The translations under genes were made by a program, and so were the position numbers. Positions 50,816 through 64,000 of a stretch of 64,000 nt of DNA are shown piece after piece. The DNA lies in contig OZ336873.1 of NCBI GenBank assembly GCA_965287045.1, forward strand, positions 52,018,001 to 52,082,000, written 5' to 3'. The stretch's first letter is position 1; each line of letters starts with the position of its first letter. The notes under the pieces were generated by a model, which ran no database searches, was not told the origin of the DNA, and saw nothing but the letters and a program-made list of their open reading frames with translations. The stretch is from Carcharhinus amblyrhynchos (lineage: Eukaryota).

Positions 50816-53586
50816 AATATGGTTTCATGCAATTTGAACAATCACCAGAATCTTCACGTCTTTTTGTATAAGACAAGTTCCTCTTTAAGGCAATGACATA
50901 TTTAAATGGAATCTAACACCAATCAGAGGCATAACTCAGTAGCTATTGAGGCAAACATCTTATAAAGATGATGTTGTCCTCATGATCTTTGAGGCCAAGA
51001 TTCTTTTGGTTTGTAAAGATCTTCTGACGTGAACATCCAGCAAAGGTGTATAATCCACCTTATTCACCTTCACCTCAGCAAAGACACTAGAGATTAACGG
51101 ACGTAGTTAAAAAATCCGTGGTGAAAGATGCAAAACTTAAAATTCTGATTGTATTCAAAGTTGGCAAATATCGTTGGTTAAACCTCCTTAAATTGAAATG
51201 TGATTTGAGGGTGTTGTGCATTAATTCGAGCAGCTGAATTGTGTGAGCTTGCCAGCGAGAAGAGATGTACCTCGTTTAAAAGAAATTTCTAATAAGATTG
51301 TCGAATAGTGGTTTCATCAATCTTTGTTATTACTGTTTCATCTTATAATTCCCTCCTGTGATCTATAGAAGCATTTGGCATCATTGTGAGACTACGTTAT
51401 GAAAATGAAGGTAAGTGCTTCAGACTGTCGTTATAAATCTATTACTGCAAAATACTGAGTTAGAAATACAGGAAATTGCATCACAGGAGCCCCTGAGCAT
51501 CAGCTGTGTTTAATGTGTTGTGATTGGTAAAGCCAATGTTATGTCATGATGACTCCCTTCGGTTCCAATCAAAAACAGCAGCTCTTTATAAGGTACTGTA
51601 CTGGGAACGTTTAAAACAAACATAGCCCTGCCTGTTTTGCTCTATACGTGTTTACTATAAACCGAATGTTATTCGTCTGCCAACATAAATAACAAAACAG
51701 CGATAGAGCGCATCACAAGAGAGTGCCCTCGGTACCACATTATCTACCGTGATGCGATATGAATGCTTTAGTTTGTGGCAGGGATGTGATCTGAAATTCT
51801 AGTCAGTGTTTCCCAAACTTTTTCAGTCCTTCCATGGCGCCAGGATTGTCTGTATCCCTTAGCATCTGGAATTTCTTTCACTTCTTTCCCATCTTCAGAA
51901 TGATCCAAAACATTTTTTAGACAAGAGGTTTTTCTTTAAAGAATGGTTGCTCAGTGTATCAGCAAAGCCAACAGCTGCTTTGCACATTCCAGGGTCCTGT
52001 GTTCCTCATTGTGGAAAAGGCTCAAGGAGCCGTATGGTCTCCCCCTCGCTCCTTGTGCTTATGCTCTCATAAACAGCAATTAAATAAATGACATTTAAAT
52101 GTGTTGTTGGTATCGATTGAAGTGTAAATTTTGACCAAGGTACTGGCAGCAATGTTACCCCTCCCCCGACTCACCACCACACCCGTTCCACATACCCGTT
52201 GTTCAAAAAAATAGTACCTCAAGGTAATTGACTTCCTTCTAAACAAATATTCGAAGATTTTGTTTAACATCTCATCTGAAAGTTGGCACCTCAGATTGTG
52301 CAGTACTCCTCCATATTGGACTTAAACAGAATTTCTGACTTGAGTGAGATTGTGATCAGGAAACAAAGGCAATCTCAAGCTTATATATAAACACATGCGA
52401 GAGATTCAAGATCATTATCTAGTGTGAAAATGTTTTCAAGATTGCCTGAAATAATGTGGCAGCCGATACCTTGTCCAAACATTGCAGGACTAGATGCTCT
52501 GGGTTTTTGGTGGCTGGTGTATGTTGACAGTCCTACCTGAATGCACAGATATCAGATTTCAGAAACCTCTTTGAAAGCAGCAGTGGTCATTTTCAGATTG
52601 TGATCTGAATGAGCTCAGCTGTCACAGGGGGCCACAGGGTCTGAGGAATGCAGCGTTTCAGGAAAACCTGCTGCTTTCTCGGCTGGATCTTTGTCCACAC
52701 CTTGAGAACAGATCAGAAAAACAACACCAACGGTGCTTTCTCCAGTGTTATTAAATCAATAAAAACCTGAGGTTGTTACTCCTAATCTTCATCCAGAGGC
52801 TTGAGTCTCATATTGATATAACCCTGGCTATCCTGCAAAACATGCCTTATTAAAATTAACATGTTTAAAATTAACATGATTAAATTTTGAAATTAACATA
52901 TTGATTCTTTGCTTTAGTGAAAATCTATTGCAGAAGGTAAAGAGCAATTAACCTGATACTTTGCTAAATCACATGCAATACGATAATCGTTCCTATTGAA
53001 ACTTTGCTCCTTAATCAGCTAGTGCCACTTCAGCAATAAGCCCTGTACATTGAAAACTGCAAGTCAATAATGCCAGCTTACATCCTGATGGAAGAGGCAT
53101 GGATACCAATAATCTGTTCTGTTTTGCACACCTGCTGATTTCCCCTGCTCTTCTCTCAAGTGAGCACATTTTAAAAGAAATTTTCTGGAGTTTCCTCCCT
53201 TGCCTCCGTTCTCCAGATAGGTGATTTGTCACTCCATTACGGCCCTCTGCTGTCTCACTCAAGAGGCTCTCTGCTGCACTGTGGCAGTGACACTGTTCTT
53301 GGAGAATGGCCCTTTAAACCACGCAGGCAGTCAGTGCAGAGTCTCATGCAGTCCTCAGGCCCAAGCAGTATGAAAGTAGGGCCATTACTAGTAGGGAGCA
53401 CTGCAGAGTTATTAAAAGGAGAATAAGTTTTCCTTTTACCTATATTTACCATTCACCTGGCAGGCAGGGCCTTGTATACCTATCTGTATTATTAAATACC
53501 ATGTGCGTTTGTGCAATGATTAGAGTACGTCTCTAACTTTACTGACTGGAGGGCAATGAATCCTATCACTCAGTTCCACACTAGTT

Positions 53587-53719
53587 GGCTGGAATTCTCC
53601 AGCTGTTCATGCTCCACTACTGGCGGTGAGAATGGAGAATTCGGCATTCAGTCAAATCTCCATTCACTGCAGTGGGACCAGAGAATCTCAGCTGCGGGCG
53701 AGGTCAGAGAATCCAGCCC
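53587..53719. mobile_element. 133-bp TIR element with 3-bp TSD (GTT)
   Basis: gtt|ggctggaattctcc ... agagaatccagccc|gtt. Confidence 0.75.
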
Positions 53720-56669
53720 GTTGCCTCGGAATTTGCAAGTGAGGAAACCGTGAGCCAAAAACCGCAGAGCCCAACCACATTGTGGCTGAAGAGCAGTAAG
53801 TAGTAGGGAGATTGTTGCCTTGCCTTCAAAAAGGCAATTGAATGCTTCTAGCACATAGACAAAAGGGAGGTGGTGGACACCAGCCTCAGGATTGCAAAGG
53901 CAACAAGGTCCTGTGGAAAGTATTGAAGGAGTGGTTTTCATTCACAAAATACACAAGGGAGCCGTGTCTTTTCAAGGGTGGGTAAACTGCATAACACATG
54001 CCTCACAAGCAGCAATCCTCTGCTGGCTGTCTGGTCCACCATCTACACCCAGCAGCTGACCGGCTGCCAAGGTGTGAGTGGCTTCACTCACTCAGTCTAT
54101 TTCCAGTCACCTGGAACCCTGGGGTTTCTTCATTTCCCTATGCAAGGCTGTGAGTGACACCAGGATAATGTGCGGTGAGTACATAGGAATATGCCTTTCC
54201 CTTTGCCAGTAAACAACAGAGGAAAAATACAGAATTCAGCAGTAAACTGAAGCCAAATCCCAACTGCTTCTCATTCTGCTCAAACAATCAGACAGCAGGT
54301 GCAACCTGGTAAGGCTGTCAACACCACCAGATTAGGGCTAGGTGGAGATCGAGGTCACTGAGTGCCCTGCAAAGCAAGCAACAAAACAGAACAAAACCCT
54401 GATGAGGCTAGTCTCCTTGACTGATTTAGCAGGCTTACTATGGACCTGTACAAACAATGTTCCAAAGTTATGTCCACCAACAAACCAAACTAGATTACAA
54501 TCTCTAAGATCTGTGAAGCATCCTGTATTAGGGAGAGGTGATCTTTGTTTTTCTCTGGTTTTACTTGTTTCAAGAGTACAAGTTTAAAATGCGAATTCTC
54601 CTGTTGAAATTTGTGCTGTCACAGAGATTTTCAAGCTGCAGCATGAATGTCCTCCTGCCTTTTGCACCTAAAATCTGCTTTTAACTTGGGGTATGGACGT
54701 TCATTTAGCTTGTATGGCTGCACTGATGAGACCAGGGCCACTTCAAGCGCAGACAATCCATTCCACAAGTCTGCCACACCATCCTTGAGCCAGATGGTTA
54801 GAAAGTTTGAGAGAGTTCTCTGCTGATCAGTTTACCAACTTCACTCCCTTCCCTTGCCCACACGTTCATTGGCAGAGCTTCCCAGGATTTTTCCTTCTAA
54901 ATGTTGCATGTAACTGTAGATGTAAAAGATGTTTTCAGTCCCCTGGAGCTGCCTGTAGATCATACAAGAGGCACTGACACCATCTTTTCAAACAAAGGCT
55001 TTACTTCCATATAATCTACCAGAGAGGAAGCATGCACCCAAGGTGTGAGTGCGATGCCCATGAGTTCCATGTTAAGACCCCTGCATGCTATGAAGCAGAT
55101 GGCATTTTAACATGCTCTTCCTGTGAGCCCGGGAGATGCTTGTTTACTATAGAGAATATGGTACTGATTGTAACCTCAGCTGCTGCCTGTCCAGTGCACC
55201 CTGCTTTGCATCAGTCGACACCTGCAGAACAAGGCTGGAGGCTGCTGCCACAGCTACATTTAAAAAAAGGTTTAAGGCCAAAGAGAATTCTGTGCATCAG
55301 TCCCAGCACACACAAGATATGTTGAGCAGCTGAATCAACCAGACTGTCTTATGGTGACCTGTTAATCATGGTGCAAGTAGTTGTATCATTCCTGTTCTAG
55401 CTGTTTGATTGGCCAAATCAATTGACTCAATCGTACAATGTTTGCTGAATTCTGTCCTTCAAAGAGGCTTGAGGCAGATAGCTTCATTTTCTGAAGGAAA
55501 TACACTTTCATTGTGGGAATAAGTCAGAGCCAAACTCGTTGGAAGCCAGGAAGTGCCACGGAAATTAGACAAATTAGTGAGCGAATCATTAGGACACATT
55601 TAGCTGAAGGTTGACATTACAGAACTGAGACCAATTTGTCCCCTTCTTCCCCCATTCCCTGACCCCACCACTGCTCAACACAGCCTGGTTGTGCCCACAG
55701 AGGGCAGAAAATAAATGACTTATAACTTCAAACACCCCAACCTTGACTAAATCATTGGTTCTTAACATATGAATCAGTGGGACATAAGGAAGAGTATGCA
55801 CATGATGGACCAGGCATGTGTACAGCTGGTCTTTTTCCAGCCAGCTTTTTTGCACGTTTGTACGTAAAGATGGGACAATTGCAACTGAACAAATTCAAGC
55901 AGCAAGGTTGGATCATGTTTCTGCTGAAAAGGATTTATTTAGATGTTATCCAAAGACTCAGCTCTGAACAGGACAATGAGCAGAAATGGGAGGCTGCACC
56001 AATGTTGGGCCCATCTGGTTTGATGGATCGAAGTGGGGAACATGAACCAGACAATGACATCTGATATCACTGCCTGTGAATTCAATACAGCAATCTATCG
56101 TTGTGCTATCACTGCCGTCCTTCCATTGCCATCGACCATTTGCAGATTTGGCACTGCTTCAATTATTTATTTACCCATCATTATAGCACACAGGTGTTTG
56201 CGTTTTATCATTTAACATTGGTGTGGCACAGGGAAATGATACCCTAGCCTGAAAGAGTGGTGGGGGCAAATTCAACAGAAACTTTCAAAAGGAATTTGAT
56301 AGTTAAAAAGGAAACATTTACAGGTCAGTAGTGTGAGAGCAGGGCTGTTGGACCCATTGGATATCTCTTTGGAGGTCAAAAGAGATTTGTGCTCCATGTT
56401 CATGGAAAATAATCCAAAAACCTAATGTAATGTGGGATTTTATATCTCAAGGACTGAAGCACGAAGGAACCACTCTCTCTTTCTTTAGATACAAAAAAGA
56501 CAGTTGGGAAAAGACTAGCTGGCCCTCAAGCCTGCTCTACGCATGATACCTGGACTCTTCCCTATGCCCCACAGCTACAGATGCTAAAAGCTAATAATTA
56601 GTGGGCTGCTTGAACCCAGTGTTAATTTCTCCCCCCTAGAAAAATGACTGGGTTGTGTTGAGTATAGGT

Positions 56670-57020
56670 AGGCACAGTAAGAAGTTCCACAACATCAGGT
56701 TAAAATCCAACAGGTTTATTTGCTCCTTCACCAGATGAGCGGAGAGCTGGGTTCACAAATACGGCATATATAGGCAGAGACACAATTGCAAAATAATGGT
56801 TGGAATGCGGATCTTTATAGATAATCAAGTCTTTGCACGTACAGAGAATGCGAGTGGAGAGAGGCATAATCACAGGTTAAAGAGGTGTGAATTGTCTCAA
56901 AGCAGGACAGTTAGTAGGATTTTGCAAGCCCAAAGTTTGTGATTCCAAATAAACCTGTTGGAATTTAACCTGATATTGTGAGACTTCTTACTGTGCCCAC
57001 CCCAGTCAAACGCCAGCACA
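56670..57020. mobile_element. Penelope 3'-end fragment with inverted terminal copy
   Basis: ggcacagtaagaagt...caacaggtttatttg (56670-56721) inverts caaataaacctgttgg...cttcttactgtgcc (56946-56997). The interior matches 1890-2100. Confidence 0.85.
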
Positions 57021-57064
57021 TTGAGGATTGGTGGGGGATGGGGAAATTGATCCCATGAAGTCTG

Positions 57065-57590
57065 TTGCATTTATGCAATGCTTTGGTTAGGCCACACATG
57101 GAGTATTATGGGCAGTTCTAGGCATCATGTCTTTGGAGAAAATATTGTCCTTTAAAGGAGTACTGCCTAAATTTACAAGACTGATATGTGGACTCAGGGT
57201 TAAATTACAAACTAGGAATTTATTCTACTAGTGTTTTATTCCCTGAACTTGGACAGATTATGTATGTTTTCAAGGTACTAAATGGAGCAATGGAAACTAT
57301 TTCTGCTGTTTGGGAGGCCTGTGATAAATTAATATAGTCTAAAATTTAGAGTTGGACTTTTCATAAGTGAAGTTAGGAAACACTTCTACACATGAATGGT
57401 GGTAAAGGTTTGAAAAATTCTTCAGGAATAGGAATTGATTAATTTTAAATCTGTGATTGAAGTTATTAAGGGACATGGGCCAAAGACAGGTAAATGGAGC
57501 TTGATCACAGATTAGCCATGATCTCATTGAATAATTGAACAGGCTCAATGGGCTAAACGGCCCATTCCTGTTCCTGTGTCCCATTAAATA
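57065..57590 (+). mobile_element. Old CR1 3' fragment
   Basis: ttggttaggccacacatggagta...gttaggaaacacttctacac...gccatgatctcattgaat...gggctaaacggcc. Confidence 0.75.
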
Positions 57591-60500
57591 GCTGGCACAG
57601 GCACGTTGCCTGAATGGCCTCCTTCCATGCTATACGAATCTCTGATATCACAAAACCTTGAGTAATGTATCATCACTCAATTCAATGATTCTGATCTATT
57701 TGAATTCTATTTAAATTTTCAGGCTTTATTCTGAAATGACTCATTTGGATGGTTACCTCTGGCATCCAACACAGTCACAAACAGTTTTTGTTCACTTGAT
57801 TTTGGCGATGGGCAGTCCCTTTTAGATTAGAGATTCCCATTGGGTTCCTCCACTGCACTGGCTTCACACTCTCACATGCAATAACTAAAATAGAATTGCT
57901 TCACTTGAGAACTATTTCAGAATTCAAAGCTCATCCTGTTTGTTGGAAATCTTATTGACATAGTTGTCAAATTGGTGGTATGTCACTTTCTCTTTTGTGT
58001 CACTTTTCCTCTTAGTTTTTTCTCTTGTATCCCTCAGTCTTTCACTGAGCTGTTTATTTCCTTTCTGTCTGTCCTTCCCACTGTTTCCGAAAGGGTGAAT
58101 CGCCAGCCTGCTCCCAGGCTTCTGGCAATGCTGTGCTCTTCCAGTCATCCTTGCCCCAATTGTGTGTGGCTTCATTTGCCAACTTGCCTTTTGATTTTGC
58201 CATCACCTGCGTACCTGCCCCAATGTCAGCCCAGTTACTGTGAGACTTCCTGATACCATAGCATTCTAGTTTACTGTCGTTGCAGTTTACTGGGAATACC
58301 TACCACTTAGGAACTCACTGGTAAGCTATTTCCACTGATATCTCAAATTTCAGCAAAGTTCAGGAATTACTTTTGAAAGTCACGCATACAAATACTACTG
58401 CTTACACAGGACATATCTTGAATGCCAGGTGTGTCCAGCTCTTATTCGCTTCTAATGCCACTGTGCATCTGGCTACCTGAAGATGTGGGTATACTTGATT
58501 TGCCTTGGATTTTCCATCTGTGCCTGTAAGCATCAGTGTGAGCTTCCAGTCAGTTGGATAGCTGAGATTATATGGGGGTAACTCGCAGCCGCAGCTCCAT
58601 GCAGAGTACAGGAAATCAACGTTACATTATAATCCGAAAGGCTTAGCAGGCTATCCCTGAAGCAGTAGTGGTTGCCTTGTAGAAGATTGACAGGGCTTTG
58701 AAAGCAGGTGCATAACCCACTGTGACTCACTCTCTGGGGACAAGCAAGGCAACAATTGGCTCAGGTGTGCAATATTGGCTCAGGTGAATGTTAGCTGTAA
58801 TTAGCTGAGGAGTGATTGTATAATACAGTGCAACGGGGACAACATTTTCCCCTCGTTTAACATTATCTACAATTGTGGAGTTGCATTCTGTTGTTTGAAA
58901 CAGATTCTGCAGCACATTAATTAGTCTTGTTTGTTCCAGTTGCACCAGCCACTTCAACCTAACTGAAAGTACAACTAGTCAGAGAGATTATGTAGCAGGG
59001 ATCTGGGTGGGAGCTCAGAGTGCCAGGATTTGGCGGGTGGGTTGGGGGGGGTGGAGTGGGAGTGGGGAGTGGGTGGTTGTTGTCATGGGAGCAGAGTGCT
59101 AGGGAGATGGGGTTATTCATAGGTGCAGGGTTTCAGGAGGGAGCAGCGGTGATATCAAGTGAGGGGAATCATGGGTGCTGGGTGGAGTTCATGGACCTAG
59201 GGTGCTGGGAGCAGTGCTGATGGGATGGCTCATGGTGACAAGATAGAGAGATTATGGGGTCAGTAGAAGCTTGCAGCTTAAGGAAAGACCAGGACAATGA
59301 CAAGCTGAGTCTTCAGTAAAACTACAGTCTTGAAGAAAGTGGCATTTCCTATTTATATAGCATCAGGAGAACGTTTACTTTTTCAGTGCACTCAACATCT
59401 TGTTTACTTCATAAATGCCACTCATCTTTAACCCATGGGCAGACATCATGCAGATGAAATTTAATGTAGAGGAGTGTAGGAAGAATAGGAGACGTAATAT
59501 CAAGGGTACAATGCTAAAATTTTATGGGACAAGGCGGAGGAGTGGGACCAGCTAAATTGTTGTTGCAGAGAGCTAGCACAAACTCAAAAGGATGACTAGC
59601 CACCCTCTGTGCTTGTGATTCTTGTGGTGGTTGGGTTGTGCACATCAGCTGACCAAAACTGTAGAGAAACCATAGACCTTTATCTTTAGTCGTTAGTGTC
59701 AGATCCAATAGGGTTTCCTCTCTTATTGGAAGAGAACAGCCAAGGAAAATGATACAGCATTTAACAATAGAGATAGTCATTGGCTTCACTGGAAATTAGA
59801 TCTAGCAGATATGTATAATGGTGGCTGAATTGATATTGTCTGTTGTACTATCAATCAAAGTTAAAATTAACCCCAGGAAGATATTAGTTTGGAAAGGATA
59901 GGATGACTAGTTTTATCTCTCCCTATTTTCCCATGTTTAGAAAAGGCCGATTAAAACCTGATTATATCTTGTCAGTGCATTAATGACTCTATATTTAGAG
60001 AATGTAAAAACATGCTGCGAGTTCTTTTCTACATAACATCTTGCAGTAGGTGAACCTGTGGTGTGGTGGATTGAAGGTAGGTTTGTGTGTCTTCATACTG
60101 CAGATAATGGATCATTGACCCAAATTTCTTAACAGAACAATTGGAGTTGCTGTGGTCTGATCTTTGATATTCAGTGTCGTGGTCATCAGAAAGAGGGGAT
60201 AAATTGGCTGCATTTACAAATCCAGCAGCATTAAGTAGTTATAAGTAGCTCTTGGCAGGGATTCTTTCCCCTCCAGTGCCCATCCCCGCCCAACCTAGTT
60301 GTTGAGTAGTTTCAGAATTATGCGCATGGCTGGCCATCAATATAAAAATAGCACAGCATACCAGTGATGATGATTACTGTCTCTGCTTCACTGAAGGGAT
60401 GGGCTTCTGAACAAAAGGCAAAATAACTCTCAAGGCTTGGATCTCCACTCTCCTGGATTGTATCAGCGAGGAATGAGTAAATGTAGTGATGTGGGCTGAG

Positions 60501-61349
60501 TTTGTGACATCTGTTATGTCCCTTGCCTTTGCTTTGAATGACATTAGGGAATGGCAGGTTACTGCCTATAGCCTTTCAAAGGGCTGTGAATGGCAATTAA
60601 TGTTAGCACTAGAATCATTAACAGCAATTTGATCAGCAACAATTTGTAAAATTAAATACGAGTAATACTTTGAAGATACTTTACTCCTGGCTGCAGTATA
60701 GGGCACTGAATGATGAGGACAACCGTGCATCAGGGATCCTTGAACTTGGATTTCAGGGAATGGGACCATAAGTCTGTTTTGGGAAATAGCAAGGGTGGGA
60801 AGGAGTGAATAATTTGATGTAAACAACAGTGTTCCAAGCAGGGCTTCTGTGGTAAAGATGTCCTAATAGATGTTGTGCCAAAGTAGTGGGGGTTGGGAAT
60901 ATGAGAGCAAACTTGAGAGCAAACTAAGGGATAGTTTAAAAAAAGTGAGGGTTCGCCCATTAATATCCACTTTTATATGGCAGGAACTCAGATGGACACA
61001 TTTTCAGTTCTGCCAAAAGTAGTGTCCAGATTAAATTACATTCACCATTAATTGAACAGGTTGGTGGGGTCTGTAATGGAAAGGGTTCTAAACATCATGC
61101 ATTGGAATCAGACTCAGTAGAGGTAAAGGGGGGCTTATTATGCTTATTCTCTATTCATTAACAAATCTTTCCTTGTCAACATCTTAGAAACATCTTTAGG
61201 ATCATCTTTTACAGCACTTGAACTGAGCAAATCTGACCCTTTACATCCTGTTATTCTCCAGCTTCCTTTCTCCCTTCCTTTCTGCAGTGAGAGAGTTCCA
61301 ATTACAAAAGGCTCTAAAGAGCCCAGTGTTTCCTCTAGATGGGACCATT

Positions 61350-61930
61350 CCCTTATGTTTATTCTATTTTTTATGAGGCCACCTAATGAACACTTGTTAG
61401 GCTACAACTGGGGTACTGCATGCAATTCTCGTCATCGCGTAAGGTGAAGGATGTGATTGTACTGCAGAGGGTACAGAGGAAATTTACCAGGATGCTGCCT
61501 CGGCTGGAGGGTCTGAGCTATGAGGGAAGATTGGGAAGGCTGAGGCTGTTTTCCTTTGAGCAGTGAAGATTGAGAGGGGACCTGATAGTGGGGTACGATA
61601 TTATGGGGGGCATCAAGAGGCTGGATGGGAAGGCACTTTTTTCATTAGCAGAGGTGTCAATAACCAGGGGCATAGATTTAAGGTAAGAGGTAGAAGGCTA
61701 AGAGAGGAATTGGTGGTGGAAGTCTGGAACTCACTGTTGAAAAGGTGGTTGAGTCAGAAACTCTTGTAACATTTAAGAAGTATTTAGACATTCACTTGCA
61801 GTGCCATATCTTCCAGGACTTTGGGCCACCTGCTGGAAAATGTGATTAGTGTAGTCAGATCTTTGTTGACCAGTGTAGACAAGATGGGCCGAATGGCCTC
61901 TTTCTGTGTTGTAAACATCTATAAATCGAT
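61350..61930 (+). mobile_element. CR1 3' fragment
   Basis: gggtacagaggaaatttaccaggatgctgcct...accaggggcatagatttaaggt (QGHRFKVRG)...gggccgaatggcctc. Confidence 0.85.
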
Positions 61931-62111
61931 GATTCTCTGCTGACCCCATTCTGATTTAATTTTTCAGGGGAGAACACAGTTAGATTCCTCTCTTGGGATA
62001 GGGAGCTCACTAATGAGGTTGGCTAGAAATCGTCGCTGCAATGCAGCGATACAGACAATGATGAACATAGAAATACGAACTGGCCCATTCAGTTTGACCC
62101 ACACAGTAGCA

Positions 62112-62443
62112 GAGATGGTGGTAATGGCACTGGGCTAGACATCCTGAGGCCCAGGCTAATGCTCTGGTAGTTGGTACTATGTCTGCCGCTGGAATTTATA
62201 TTCAGTTAATCTGGAATTGAAAGCTGGTTTCGTTAGCTTTTCATCATTACCATCAATTATCATAAAACCCACTAATGTCCTTTTGGAGAGGAAATCTTGT
62301 CTAAATGTCACACCAGGTCCACAGCAATGTGTGTGGTTGATTTTTATCTGCCTTCTGAACTTGCCAAGCCACTCAGTTCAGAGGCATTTAGGGATGAGAA
62401 ACAAATGCTGGCTGAGCTTCTCATGAAAGAATAAAGAAAAAAA
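62112..62443 (+). mobile_element. tRNA-derived SINE sharing its 3' tail with the LINE at 27510-28248
   Basis: Head gtggtaatggcactgggctag...ggcccaggctaatgctctgg; tail ttagggatgagaaacaaatgctggc...atgaaagaataaagaaaaaaa. Confidence 0.65.
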
Positions 62444-64000
62444 ACGCCTTGTGCAATAATATAGACGTCCCCCCCTCATCAGAGACACAAGATCACCTGA
62501 CAGAGGTTAAAAACAGATGAAAATCTAGGCCAACTGGACAGTGGAGGAAGGTATGGAAAATCTCTGCCTGGACTCCTTAAGGTGGTTAATAGTATCTACA
62601 GCAGTTTCAAGTGAGGAGTCAGATTTTGACTCAGAATAATTCATCTATCTTCACTGGATTGGCCAATTCTGTTCATGTGGAGCTGCCAATCCATTGCCTG
62701 TAACAGCCTATTTTTGTGATTATTTTTGATGCTTCCCCCAGTAAAAAAAAACCATGTTGAAGGCTGATGTTAGCAATCAGCGTTGTAAAGGTGATTATGA
62801 TGTTACTCCTTTCTTTCATTATGGCCTAATTTACATGTTCCTACCACACACTATTTCCAGCAGAAATTGTATGTGGTGCAAGAATCATGTGGGCGTCAAC
62901 TCTACAGGTCTCAGCTCACTCCTTAACTGCCGCTAAAGAGAGGAAGATGCTGCCTTGAGTCTCTGGCTAATAGGTTTTAATAACTAATAGGTTTTATCTC
63001 CCTCCAGCACTGGTAAGCAGCGGAGGAGCTCAAGTCTTCCATATGATCAACTCCTAATGAAAATGATGTTGCCTGCGCAAACAAGCCGGGAAGAATGAGA
63101 TGATTATATTTGAAGGAATTATCATGACCTCCGTTTGTAGCAATTACTCTTTATTTATCTGATAGCCATGATGGGCAGAGCCTGTGATGCTGGAGCTAAC
63201 AACAAGGGGTAATATATGGAAACCAACTGAGCAATAAGGGCAGGCCCCAGCACGAAAACGATCGCTTTCTGCAATCTGTGTGTATTTAAACGTTTATTAT
63301 AGTTTTCGCTTCAGATTCCTGCCACAAAGCAGTGACACATTGTTGTTAATAATTCATTTGCATCCCTGGAGGAGACTCTCCAAAGAAAGAGTTTGCAGTC
63401 TTGTTGCTAGGGTGTTGCTAAGGGGTTGCCTAGGCAGGTTGTGAGGTTGAACATGGTAGAGCTCGTTGCTGAGGGCTCTGATGGATGTCTTGTGATAGCG
63501 GGAAGAGAGCAACAGAATTAGCTCCAAATGCAGATACGCTCTTTCATTCTGTCCTCTGGGAGAAAGAAAATTAAAAATAATATTCACAGCTATTGCACAT
63601 TACTTCATTGGGGATATGTCCTGCATTTTGCCTTTCCCTGGATTTAGCAATCAAGTCTAATATTTCTTACTTGTGTTGGATAAATGTGCAAAGTGCTATT
63701 TGCATTAGTGGGGTAAACAGGAAATAGATTTGTGTGCAGGAAGGAATTATTCTTCCTCTGCTGGCTCAAGTGGGGCTGCTTCATTTTCCATTTGCCGTAA
63801 CTCCTCAATGCCTTTGTATTTTACTATATGAGGTGTCCACATGTGGGCATATCTCCAAGTCGATTCTACCCAGGGGTCCACTCGACCCAAATGCAAAACG
63901 ATGAATCTCTAACCACACCATCTGCCGCTGAGTGCCACACTGATCAAGACCTGATCATGGAGGTGAGGGAATTCCAACAAAGGAGAATGTTAAATCAAGG

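Noticed and set aside
52850-52900. Triple aaattaacat repeat
   Set aside because: Short AT-rich slippage duplication with no supporting evidence of function.

Overview
Eukaryotic, repeat-rich vertebrate DNA whose repeat content points to a cartilaginous fish (shark/ray; inferred from HE1/V-SINE-like and Deu-domain SINEs, CR1, L2 and Penelope-like elements). The only protein-coding feature I can support is one 142-bp internal exon of GNAO1 (G-protein alpha-o, equivalent to human exon 3) at 32397-32538 (+). The whole window is therefore most likely intron 2, exon 3 and intron 3 of a very large GNAO1 gene. Almost all other ORFs in the track are retroelement fragments or noise. The most interesting structures are: (1) fold-back Penelope-like elements carrying minimal hammerhead-ribozyme-like motifs, including a ~1.2-kb hairpin split by a younger CR1; (2) four CR1 copies of different subfamilies all 5'-truncated within ~25 bp of the same point; (3) near-identical inverted CR1 copies bracketing the exon (dsRNA/circRNA potential); (4) a family of short TIR elements with 3-bp target duplications (Harbinger/Tourist-like); (5) a candidate RE1/NRSE site and a candidate poison exon in intron 3. 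Repeat boundaries and family names come from reading by eye and are approximate.
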